Assembly: GCA_964057225.1 (NCBI GenBank)
Contig: OZ059899.1
Location: 7,192,001 to 7,256,000 of the forward strand
Source: Auanema rhodensis
Lineage: Eukaryota > Animalia > Nematoda
DNA: 64,000 nucleotides
Direction of reading: 5' to 3'
Positions 1 through 12,800 of this stretch are shown piece by piece. The notes under the pieces are model-generated. The model searched no databases. It saw only the letters and a list, made by a program, of their open reading frames with translations, and was not told the DNA's origin. Within the stretch, counting starts at the first letter, position 1, and each line of letters starts with the position of its first letter. A program made the translations under genes and the position numbers.

Positions 1-130
1 AACTTTGAACTAAGCGTTAGCATTTACTAATGAAAAACTAATAGCAACTAAACACATAAAGACTAAAACTACAACTACAAAGGTTGATACTAATGATAAG
101 CCATGTCAAGCTATGAAAAGCTTTACTCAC

Positions 131-223
131 AGCATCAGGACTTCTTTGACCTCCTAAGAGTCCGATAGATCGCGACGGCGGAGAATCTGAGGCCGTCGAG
201 CCGTTAGGGCTAATCAATGGATA
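131..223 (-). CDS. daf-12: daf-12 hinge exon ([31 protein letters not shown])
   Basis: TTCTTCAG acceptor, GTGAGT donor, 93 nt, phase 0/0; resembles C. elegans YPLTSPVGSSASDSPPNRS. Confidence 0.92.
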
Positions 224-3200
224 CTGAAGAAATGAGGTGAATATAAGGCTAATCCTCTTATTTTTTTCTTCTATTCTACATTTTTTTAAATACATATATA
301 ATCATTTAACATTTGTTTTTACGAGAAAAAAATTTCCCAATCAAGAAATTGAAAATTGAAATGTCATATAGGATTATAAACATCATCTCACATCAGGAGG
401 AGGTAAATTAGGTAACTGTAATTTGCATAAAATCACTTCAAAGTTTCTTGATTGGTAATTTGATTGATTATTGTTATAGTAATTTTCTACTTCATACTGA
501 AAACACGTGTCGAGTGATAGCAAATGTTAAACATAACCTACCGCAGCACCAGGAGGGCTGACAAGTGGAGCAGCTACACCACGACCATTCATGGGAACGA
601 GCTAGAAGAAGACGATATCAATACGAGTATGAACATCAGTCATGAATATCTTTTCTCATTCTCGTAAAATAATTTCATTTTCTCTCCAACATTGAAATCA
701 TAGTTCCCATAAAAGTTCTCGGTACTAATTGGTTGATGGAATTCATATTTCCCATAAAATATTACAAGACAACATGAGAATTTTGAGACAATTTCAAAAA
801 TAATTTTTGCCCTACTATATCTTTTAACCAAATATAGTATATATAGTATATATAATATATAATATAACATACTTAATAACTGTACTTTATGTTGTAACAT
901 TCGCAATCATTTTTTTTACACTTTTGAGAAATAAAAAGAACTCGCAAATATCAATAAATTCGAGATTTTTCAAAATCAATCTCGATAATTTATTTCTCTA
1001 TATCACAATAATGAGCAAACATGTCAACGTGTTGATCGGCTAAATGATCAGAGTATAACTGATGAGTAAGCTATTCTGACATAATAGTCATCTAAGTCTG
1101 CTGATGTAAATGAGTTTGTCTGTTACTGAAATGAATCCTGCGGTGTTTTCGACAGGATCATAATCAAAGAAACTTTTTGACAGAAACTTCACTTTGTGCT
1201 TACAATTGGAAATATGGTATTTTAGTTCAAAACAACAAAAATAAAAAATTAGATGATAGTAAAGACAGCATTTACATCAATCAATTTCCTCCATAAACCT
1301 TGCACACTATATCTTTTAAAGTTGTTTTTAAAAATTTTATAAAGTATAAACTCTGAAGATAAGATATACCTGAGGTTGCTTCATCTTGTTTTGATTTGCA
1401 AGATTATTCAGTCGGGAATTTTTCCTTCGTCTTAATTGCTCATCATTAAGAATCCATTCTTTCTTCATGCCAACCTACAATGTTATTTTCAATTCAAATT
1501 TTCGAATGAATTTTGTATAAAACTTACAGCAAAACATTTCCGTAAACGACATTTTTGGCAGAAGCGACGGCTAACTGCATTAATTTCGCAATCTTCAGAA
1601 TATGGACATTTGAACTCCTGAAACATTTACGAAATCAATAAACTAAATTAGTATCGTTTTATGAAACATAAAAATGGCCATCAATTGAATAGTTTTCCAT
1701 ATATTTAAAAAATATGCAAACCGTTCAAATTAAAATCAAATTAAATGAAAAATTTGAATTTAGATTGTGTATCGCCGAAGACTTCTATGACCCTCGGGTA
1801 TTATTAAATCAATGAAAATGTTTCACAATTGAAATTCTTGATGAAAAAAACAAAAGTTCTCAACAACAAACTTCGGAGACGTCGACAAAAACAAAAAATA
1901 TAGAGAGAAACAGAGAAACTCATGATACTTTGACATCATCATGCTATTGGATATCGTACCTTCGGTCGCAATGCATTCCTTCGGAAGAAAGCTTTACAGG
2001 ATTCACATGTAATAACATTGAAGTTGTACCCCGTGGCATGATCGCCACAAACCCGACATGTTTTTTGACGACGTCGAGAGTCCTGTAAATCATTTTGTTT
2101 AGAAGAACATGATATATGAAAGAATAGTAGAAAAATTAAACAAAACAAATCTCACTTCACTGGAGTTTGGATCAATTGATGTTGCTTCTGGAGAACTACA
2201 ATTTTGAGCTACTCCCTCTTCAATTTTTGTTATTTGATTTGGATTATAGCCTGAAAACTAGAAAATAAATTTTGAATATTGTTAAGAGTATAGAGTTAGC
2301 AGCGTTTTCATTAAAAAAGTATGACCTCAAAATAAAAAAAGCGATTAAGAAGTTATACGAAAACGTGGGTTCAACAACCTCTAATATTTTTCGTGTTTTG
2401 ATGTGATATATAGAAAAAGAATATAAATAAGTTATAAAGTTTTGAGATTTTAGAATATTTTGTTTGTTGATTATGATTTGATGAAAGATTACTTTTACTG
2501 TTACATCGTAAATGCTATCAAGAATGTCTAATAAAATTCAAAAAAAATATAATTTTCTAACTTTTGCTTAAACGAGAGAAGAAGAGAACAGACAGGAATG
2601 TGCAAAATGAAGAATAGATTGACTATGTGAAATAAATTAAAATTACTTCTCAAGGATAATATATTCAGATGAAATATTGAAATGAAAAAATGAATCAATG
2701 AGTAGCAAAATCATTCATAATACAGATTGAGATAGGGATATAGAGAATATGCAATTCGTTATAAATGAAACATAAACAATAGAAATTCTAATTAGAAATC
2801 TTATATTTTTCAAAATAAGAAAAAATATGTTGGCTTAGCATTAGGTTAAACATATAGAGGGAGAGATAGAGATAGAGAGAGAGAGAGAAAATAATAATGT
2901 TGATGTTAATGAATTGAATTACACGCACCGTTCATAAGTTGACTGCCGAGTGATGGAGGAGAATGGATTACCGGATCATCCGGTGTGCTCATTTGCGGCT
3001 GAAAAAAGAAACAATTAGCAATTAAAGCTTAATCCATATTTATGGTTGTGGTTTCCGTTCTGTTTTTGCATTTTTTTTTTGTTTGAAATAGTCTTATTTT
3101 CATTACCGAGACTTGCAACCCACAGCCACCCCCACCAATTTTCTTCGGTTCTCGTTGAACCAACGTCTAGGCACTTGGCCATACTCTTCGCGTACCACTA

Positions 3201-6200
3201 TTTTATGCAATTTTAATATAGCTCTATATACCAAAGAAGATGTAAATGGAAGAGAACAGACGGAGAGAACGAGAGAACAAGACTTTGAGCATGTTAAAAG
3301 AACAATTTGTCACCCCCGAATGTACCATTTATCTATTTGAAACTAACCGAATATTCATGTTTTATTCTGCAGTCAATAAACCTAAACTCCTCGCTTTCTC
3401 TCATATTTTGCCTTCCTTCATTAATTTCTATTATCAGTAAGCAGTGGCACTGTAAGCCAATAAAAAACAGATATGTTGAAAGACAAAGAAAAGGAACGCA
3501 GAAAGAAACAAGCTGAGAATAACAGAAGGTATTTGCTAAAAAAAAAGTATTTGGACGACTATTTTGTTAGATGATTGTCAATGTGATTAAAACAAACAAT
3601 AAACTTCTTTAAGTACAAAAATATTTCAATACTTTACTCACTATATATGTAGAGTGAATATGACTAAATGTACTTCTCCTCATAATAATGTGAAGATCAT
3701 TTGAATGGTTCAAAAGAATAGATAGAAAATCATGATCATGTTGTGAAGGTAGAAAGAGCAGAGAAAAAAAAAGATTAAAAAAAAAGGAAAAAAAAACAGA
3801 AACATACATAAATGGAAATTTTGTAGACCTAGTGGCAGGCAAAGAGGAAGCGAAAGAGTGAAAAGACTGTGTAAGCAATAAGAGAGATGGGGACGAGACA
3901 CGAAGGGAAGAAGAGAGACGAAGATATGGAAGCAATTGGAATGTTTACCACTATGCGGTTTCTACTATTTTTGTCTTTAACTCTCGTTTCCCGCCTATTC
4001 ATTTCAGTATTCCATCACCGTTCTCTATTCCAACTATGTTCACATCTATTCCCATCGCCTTCTTGCCTTCTTTTCATTTCTGTGTCTTGGTCCAAATGAA
4101 TATGAGACCGTGGTCGTGAAGACGTTGTCGTCGACAAGAGTAGCTACAGAATGAAACATACTAAGTCATGAAAAGAACGAAAAGAGGCAAGAAGCAGAAG
4201 TAAAGAATCAGGGAGAGAGAAGAGAGAGAAAAAGAGAAAGATGGAGAGGAGAGAGAGAGGGAGGCAGAAAGAGAAAGAGAAAGAGAGAGGGTCAGATGAC
4301 AGCTACGCCACACACAGGCAAAACGAAAAGGAAAAACAACTTTTATTCAATGCAGAAGGGGAATGGCTGCGAAAATAACTGGAGAGTGATTGAGAGATAG
4401 GGATGAAGGTAGAGAGAAACAACTCATAGCAAATAAAGAACCTTTCACAGTCATTGAAACTTCTGATCTCATGTGTTCCTCTCAACCTTTAACTCGCTTC
4501 AAGCGATGCGTTATAGCATCCTACATAGATTCAAGCTCAATACCAAAATCACGATTGAGTAAATGACAAACCGATTGTAGAGTTCGAGCATTGATTGATT
4601 GTGCCTGACATACGGTTACGCAATCAGACGGATTGTACGGCTGGTTCCACGCATACTGGCTGCTCCACAACATGCCCCCGAGGCAATCGGAGAAACAGAA
4701 CAGATAGACGTTTCACAGCGTTAGATTGAATATAATGCCGCCTCTATTCCAGTAGACGTAATATATGCTAAGAAGGTATAATTCATGTTGATCAACTTTG
4801 AAAAAGCAAAAATATAATCAGAAAAATCGAGCAAAAACTTGATAAGTTAAGGAAAACAATACGAGAAGAAACAAGTTGTCTGCTATTCATGAGAAGAGCA
4901 ACAGCATATTTCAAGGAACCCGAAGAACTGGAAGATCTGCGAGTTGAAGAGCAGAAAAGGGAGGAGTAGTGTTGAGATGGCTATGCCGTCGGGATGAAAA
5001 AGACATGCAAGAATAAGAAAAAAGGAAGAACAGAGCAGCAGTCGTGGAGCGAGCGAACGAGAAGCGAGGGAGAACGTCCCAAAACCAAGCCGCTGCTGGC
5101 TACGAAAACAACAACAACACTACTAGGCAGAGGGTTCAGAGAGCAGACTTTTTTGTCTTTCATCCTCTCCCTCTCTCCATAGTTGTTTGGCAGCTTTTTT
5201 TCTCTCTTTAACCCTCTAGTTCTCACAAACATTCTCTCGCTAGTTCCCCACTCTCTCACTTTCCATGTGCCTCGAGTCGCAACACGCTCGCGGCACATCG
5301 TCAACGACGTTGTTCTGTTTCTCCACTTCTCTGCTCTGCCCTCCATTTTTCCATCAGTACCGTTCGTTGTTGTCGTTCCATCTTACTTTCTTTTTCATTC
5401 TCTCCTCTATTTTCACTCTACCTCATCTGATCTATTTTTTATTCTGTTGTTTCTTTTCTCCCTTTTCACATGCTATTTGCCAGTGTCAGTTCCTTTCTTT
5501 CTGTTCTCTTTTCTACATTGCAACATAGATGAAAAGAGTTCGACAGATAGTGAGAGAAAAAAAGAAAAAAAAGAGAACGATGAAAAAGAAGGAGGAACCC
5601 ACATGTTTCACCAAAAACAGAAATGCTATTCAACTAGGCTGTTTTTTTCTTTGTCACTGTTGCTTACTACAACCATTTCGTTAATGGAGCCTGCTGAAGG
5701 TTCTGTTCAACATGTTTCAAGGACTTCAGAATTTTTCAATTTTGCAATATTTAAGTTTGAGAGCATGTATAGCTTTATGAGATTGGTTCCACCATTTCAT
5801 ATTTCGTTAATCTTTAGAGGAATGGCAATCAGATAGAATATTAGATTTATCAATCGACTTCATCTACATTCCAACGACAGACAAAATATAAATAGTATTG
5901 ATATTGTACTCCAATTAATGGAACAATCTTAATCCATTTTCTCAATTAACCAATCAATTTATGAATATAGTATATAAATATATTATTTTGACCGTTATCG
6001 GTATCTTCGTTTTTCCATTTGGACAAAAAATTGAATCTAAATTGTCGAATGGAACAGAGTACACAACGTTCTGATTATCGAACTTTCAAACAGCTGATGA
6101 TGATGCTTGAGCTTTCACATTCAATTCCGCTTCAACTCTTCAAGATTTACAAAACGCAGTTTTAACACTCACGTGATTCTACATTTTCATTCTTCTTCTT

Positions 6201-9200
6201 TTCTTTCTTTGGTAGGCAATTTATAATATATTTTGAATAATTTGCTTATATTTAACTAGGTAAGAAAAGAAAAAATATTTCTATATATCATGTGAGTATA
6301 AAAATATGTTCTATATGATATTAATTAAATTTGAATGATATTATACCGGCAAATAAACTAAATCATCAGTCTAATAATCACCCTTCAGTCTTCAATCTTA
6401 CCTTCCCATAGAACTTGTTTAGCATGCTCCAACTGAGATAGTTCTGTGTTGAAAGCAGATTATTAATATCCACCATATTACGAAAAATATTTCGATGTGG
6501 CCAGACAGAGGAAGATGATGATGAAGTGTGAATTGAGTTTGTTCAAGGAAAGAACAAAGAAGAATTTGTGTCTGGCTCTTACACACTAACGCTTCGACGG
6601 CAGATACTCAGATCATTTGGAGCACCTTCAAGTAATCAAAGACTATGATAAACGCAATTTAAAAAAAGAAAGAGAGACAGAGAGATAAATATTGAAATAA
6701 GAATAAATAAAGTACATAATATAAAATTAAAGATTCTAACAAGTTAAGGAGAAATAGCAAAAAGCAAAATGCCACTCACTGCTATTAGAATTAGGTTAAA
6801 ACTGAATTAAAACAAAGATGTGAAATGTTCTTGTGATCAAGTTGAAAATGGTAAAGGTCGAAGAACTCGACATTAAAATCAAAATGTAACTTATCGTTTA
6901 CGCGGAGAAGAAACATGCTAACAAACGCTGGCGACAGTTCGCTAGGTTTCAAAATCGGCATTCAAGAGCAGGTTTCACGTAAGAATGAAAGCGTTCGAAA
7001 TAGAAAGTTCATGTAATTATGGATTGTTTGGGAGAGAGTAAGAGAAAAACCAAAAAAGGGGATGCAATTAAGGTAAATTCTTGAAAACATGGCAGAGTAA
7101 ACTATTTTAAGAACTTTAGCTTTCTTTAAGAAACTTGAGATGAAAATTAGTCAACTACAGCTGAATAACTATATTGTAATAGAAATATTACGTAAAGAAC
7201 ACAAATCATAGAATTACAGATGCAGAATAGGAGAAGCTGGTGAAGCTTTCGATTTATTAGGTTAGATAATCTGCTAACTATATGCTGATTGTTGTCTCTA
7301 TTATCAATTACTGGTAACGATGCGGAATTGAGACAAGAAAAAATCAAGTTAGTTAATGAAAAAAAGATTTAAACTATTAAGGTTACGATGCGAAATAATA
7401 GAATAAGATAGATATAAACATATAAACAAAATAAATTGAGAGAGAGAGAGAGAGTGAGAGAGAGAGAGAGAAGATGAAGAAGAACATAAAGGTACAAAAG
7501 GATTAATAGTTCAGAAAAGTTTTGTTTCAGTCCGTAAACGACAGTGCAAATAACTAAGTCTAGACATTTCAAAGAGATGCAGGTGTACCTACATACATGC
7601 ATCATTCCTAATTTGAACACTCAGCTCATCTCAACTGCTAAGTCGAATCGAAATTTCGCTTGTAATGATTTCACGGACATTTGATTCGTACTAGGATGGT
7701 TAATGGAAACGATCGGCATTGAAGGAATACAAGCTGTTTTATGGCTCAGCATAGTCAAGACATCATCATCATCTTGGCACAGCTTATCAGCTATCATATC
7801 ATATTGCAATCAATTCATTTCAATAGAAGCATCGAATAATATTTACGATTAACAAGGACAAACCATCGGGGAGAAAAAAAAGAGAAAAAAGACAAAAAAA
7901 AGAAAAGATTTGTTGTTGATAGAATATTAGATTGTTCAAAAATCAAATGAGCAGTTAAATCTGTTTCGAAAAAAAAATCTGATGCTGTATATGATCATAG
8001 CTAAAGCAGTGAAACCGAAATTATTTTGTGAAAAATCGGCAATAAGGGCAGCAAACGGACAAACGAACATCAGCAGCCAATATACGTATACACGCACACA
8101 ACCCATCAGCCATTATAGACTGGAGTGCTGATGGTCGAAAAAACTTGCAGTTAGCTTGGCCAGGGGGGGGGGGGTGAGTTGCTATACGAGTTTCGCCTAT
8201 TCCTTCTCTCTCTCACTCACTCTCTCTCTTTCTCTCTCTCTCAATCTCTCTTTATATATATACAAATGTATATAATATATAAATTAAAGATAATTCTTTT
8301 AACTTATCAATAACACCCTTTGAATCATCATTGTAAAACATTTAAATGATCGAATTGTTAATAAACAGTTTGGATGATTACCTATTTTCATCACCGTTCG
8401 GCTTTATATTAACTCTAATAACGTTATTAAAAAAAGCTGACTAGATACATAAATGTTAAAGTCTACTTTGAAACAAAAATCAATCAGATATTTGGTTGGT
8501 TCGATCATATTGAGATTGAGGTGAGCTCAATGATCTCATAGCGGGGAGTACTGGCGATGATGTTCATATTTTGACTTCAACCCATTTATAAACTTCCATT
8601 TGTGAAGTGAGGTTCCCTTTCAATCTACTCTACTCATTATCAGCATGTTTTCTACTGCTTCATCACTATCAGTATTAACAGCCTAAAAGCTTTTACCAAC
8701 CTGTGACATAAAGACGAACATGTTGTGTTTAGTGCGTTTTTCAGAATAGAATAGATACACGGAATGCGCTTCACTTACTTACTCACCAGTACATACACAT
8801 ACACACGGAACAGCAGATTACGAGGCTCCTCCTATTTCTGATCAAATTATGATCAAAGAGTTTCTCTTAAGCACAATGCCGGAGACGGAATATGAATAGA
8901 TAACCGTGTGTATTCAGACGTAAAGTTTTGTATGTGTGAGTGTGCGTGTAGAATTGAGATAAATGAGTGCAGCTGAAGGCAGAGTTTCAGACGAATCGAG
9001 TTTTCGCGAACACTTGTTCAGATGCAGAGCTTTCAAAACCAAGAAGATGCGAATACGAAGTGACTTATGAAATACAAAGAGCCAACATGGGCGAGGAAAT
9101 AGTTGTCCACACCTGAGAAAGTTGGGCTTTAATGCCAATTAAGAGAAATAGAGAGGTGACAGAAGGAGAGCGAATATATACAGCTACTTTGTCAGTGAAA

Positions 9201-9843
9201 AATATACAAAAATAAGAAAGAAAAATATAAAAAATAAAGCTGAATGTAGGATTAGAATGAAAGCAACAGTAAGTCGGAAAACGATAAAGTAGGAAAAAAA
9301 ACAAAATTAGATTGTATGTATTAAACGAATTCGGCAGCAGTACATTTGATGAAATTACCCTATTAAAAAAACATTTGAAAATACTGCCAACAAACAGCAA
9401 GTACCCATAAAATGAGCTGAAAAGGAAAAAAAAAAGAAAGAAAGAAAGGATATATATCCAGTAAGATCATAGATGTAAGACAAACGAAATAATAGTCAAT
9501 ATAATTTATATACAAAAGATAGGTCATAATGAGCTCCGTGGCTCATTAGTTAAAAACTGCTCATTACTGTTTCCATTATTTAAGTATCCGGTGTTAGTAA
9601 AAGATAGTAAAAAAAAGCGAACGGCCTTGTCAACCATATGAACAACGGCGTTGCTATTCTCTATCCTCTCGCCTGTGCGGTCGATAGATTGGCCGAAAAA
9701 AACCTTGAAAACAGCGCTAGCAACAGAAACTATAGAGATTTTGATGACAAGAATGGATAGTATAAAGATAGGGTGTTTGACGTCGCAGAGATATAAGAGT
9801 GAAGAAAATAGGGAGATCACAGGTGAAGGTAAGAAAAAGAAGA

Positions 9844-9895
<52 letters not shown>

Positions 9896-12800
9896 CATAG
9901 AAAGTTAAATATACAGATGAGAGAGGGAGATGTTCTTCGGGGATCTTTCTCCAAATGAACTGTATGACAATGGTTTGCAAAAAGAACGCCCTGAAGGAGA
10001 GAATGAAGAGGACAAGGAAAGCGTCGTCTACAAGGAGAAACCAAAACGCGCTAGATATAGTTAACGTGTCCTATAAAAAGACGAGGAACGACAACGAACA
10101 CGAACGCATAGATAGGTCAAAATGGCTGTTGGCCTTAGACTGCATGGGCTACCAGCAATGGAATGAAGAACAACGCGTTTCTGACGGTGTTCAAGCGATG
10201 GTTTGGTTCAAGTAAGCTAGCACAACAAGAGTAAAATATATGATAGGTCTTCATAAAGAGAGCGTACTTGATACGTGAACACCTATTTCTTGAAAAATAA
10301 AAAAATACGAAATGACAGCGAATTTGATGGATTCAAAATATGCTGAACATTTTTAGTGAGCACAAATGTTTGAATTGACGAGAAACAAAAAAGTCAACTG
10401 AAAAAACAGGTGAACCTATCGTCGACGACGTCTTAGATTTCGTCGTTGCCGTTGCCGTCGTCGTCAACGCCAACGTTGTTGTTTTGAGGACGTAGTTGTG
10501 GAAAAAAGTGGCAACTAAGAAAAACAAGTGAAATGTGTATGTATGTGTGAGCGCGTATGCGAAGATCAAAAATCTACGTCGGTCTCTAAGTCTACTGGAT
10601 CTGAAAAACAACACAAGAGGGGCACAAAACCATTGGGACAGCTAGTGTGTGTTCATGTGTCTTAGTCTGTGAATGGAAGTTGGAAAAAATATAAAGAGAG
10701 AGATAGAGAGTTGGAAACACACCGATGAAGGGAAAGCAAAATCTGGAGAGAGTGAAAAGATGGAAACGTGGAGGTAGACGCAGAGTGCGAAAAAGGGAAA
10801 AAAAGAAAAACAGATAGAAAAACGGAATAAGCTCAAAAAAAATGAGAAAAACAACCAAGCATATTGAGTAGAGGAGGTCCTAGGCAGACGACAACAGGAG
10901 GACAACAACTAGCGAACACTGAATGTGTTTCTGCACGACGCCCTTGCAGCTTTGAAGCTAGCACAACAAAAAAGGAAACTTTGCGATTGGAGGGTAAGTA
11001 AAAGCTTCCACAACAATATCATTTAACTCGCTGAAGCAAGTTCCGTTGCCCAGATGAACAAAATTGTTTAAATGTATTCTCAATATCGCAATTCAAATTT
11101 TAAGCAAAATATCTTGAAAACTATCCAATATTAGTATTCATGATAACATTTTTACAGCTGTAATGTAGAAAAACCATACTATTGTGTTTTATCTACTGTA
11201 ACTTTTATTAAAAAGCTGCTCGCAGCTATTTAGTTCTTTTTTTTTTGAAAATAGTTGTAGTCTGGATATCTTGAGATAAAACAGGAGCGACCGGAATAAT
11301 TACAAATAAGCTTCAGATATTTGTATTATATAAAAATCTGCTGTTTGGGATTCAAACAAGTGAGCAAAAACATGGTATAAACATGTAAGTAGGATATATC
11401 TATATCTATATCTATCCTATATATATATATATATATATAAAATCTGGCAAAGAATTGTAAAGGCTGAAGTTTTAAATACAAAAAAAACTTCAAAGCTGGC
11501 AAGAAGTTTTCATTGTGGTGAGAGGTAAAGTACGTGAAAAACATAATAAAATCTTGAGAACAGATTTCAAGCTTCAGGAGAAGGGAAAAAATAGATGAAA
11601 TTCAATCAAAAATACAGTTGTTTCTGATCTTTTTCCTGGTATGATAAGGTAGAGACGTGACCTGTGTGTTGAAGTTGAAACTCTAAACAGCTGTAGCACG
11701 GGCGCCTGAAGGCGCCATTAAGCTTCAACAGCTGACAACATACATCAGGAGCAAAAACGAATTCAAACTTCATTGAAAAATTGAAAGGACAGAATGCCTG
11801 GGGTATAGAAACTTATCAAGTTTGTCCCAATTATAATCCGAACAGGGTATTTAATAAAAAAACTGTGAGAGAGAAAGAGAAAAAAACATCAACTAAGAAT
11901 AAATGGAACAAGTTTGTCAGTTTAAGAACATACTAGCACGATTACAATATCAAACAGTACAAACTTATGATGACACATAAAGGGAGAGTGAAACAGACTG
12001 GGAAGCTTTAAATGAAGGGTCGTTCAGAACAATATTGTGTGCATGATCACTGAGTACCGCCCATCATTTAACAAATGGGCGCATGATACTTTCAACCTAA
12101 GTTCCGAAACAACTTCATTATATGCATTAGCGTTTGACGTGCATTGTCTAAAAATTAACTAAAAAATGGAACCAACACAAAAAAGAATATAGTGATCATA
12201 ATGATAAATTGGAGAGAAAAATATGTGAAAACAAACGATAACCATCGAATTAGCAAATGTTTTCTCGATGAAAAATTGTAGTGCACAGCGGAATCAAAGC
12301 TTTTTTGGAAATAGTATAATGATATGAGGGACAGAGATAAGTTGACCAATTAATGTTAAATCATCCTATAGGATATTGTGAAAAAAATATAAATATACTT
12401 TCATATTAAGAACTTATGTATAGGACTAGGATTGGTTGAGCAGTAAGAAATGGAATAAATGAAATGACATGCGGGGTAAAGTGGCAGCAAGCAGACAACA
12501 AAAATTGGAGTAGTAGAAGCAAATAACAGGTTGTCCGTGTAGGCCGTGGGTCCTCAACAATGTAAAAAAAGAGAAAAAAAAAGGAAAAAAAATTAAAGAA
12601 CTCGAGAAATAGAATGAAGAAAACATAGGTTGATGACTAGGCAAAACGAAAACGAGGACCGACTATTGTCGTTCGGCTGGCCCCACCTAAGTGTGTTCTT
12701 TATGTATTTTAACTTTGTTGCAGGTAAGTCTTAAAAACATGGTAAATCAAGAAATGAACTACAGAGGAAGGTAGATTTTAAAAAAAAACAACTAAAGAGT

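Noticed and set aside
5183-5836. 217-aa plus-strand ORF (longest in the track)
   Set aside because: It is the translation of CT-rich and A-rich low-complexity tracts (Phe/Leu/Ser, then Lys/Glu), with a non-ATG start and no domain.
8511-8540. bantam/mir-80-like TGAGATCATTG on the minus strand in a hairpin
   Set aside because: Only the seed region matches, and the hairpin (~28 nt) is too short for a pre-miRNA.
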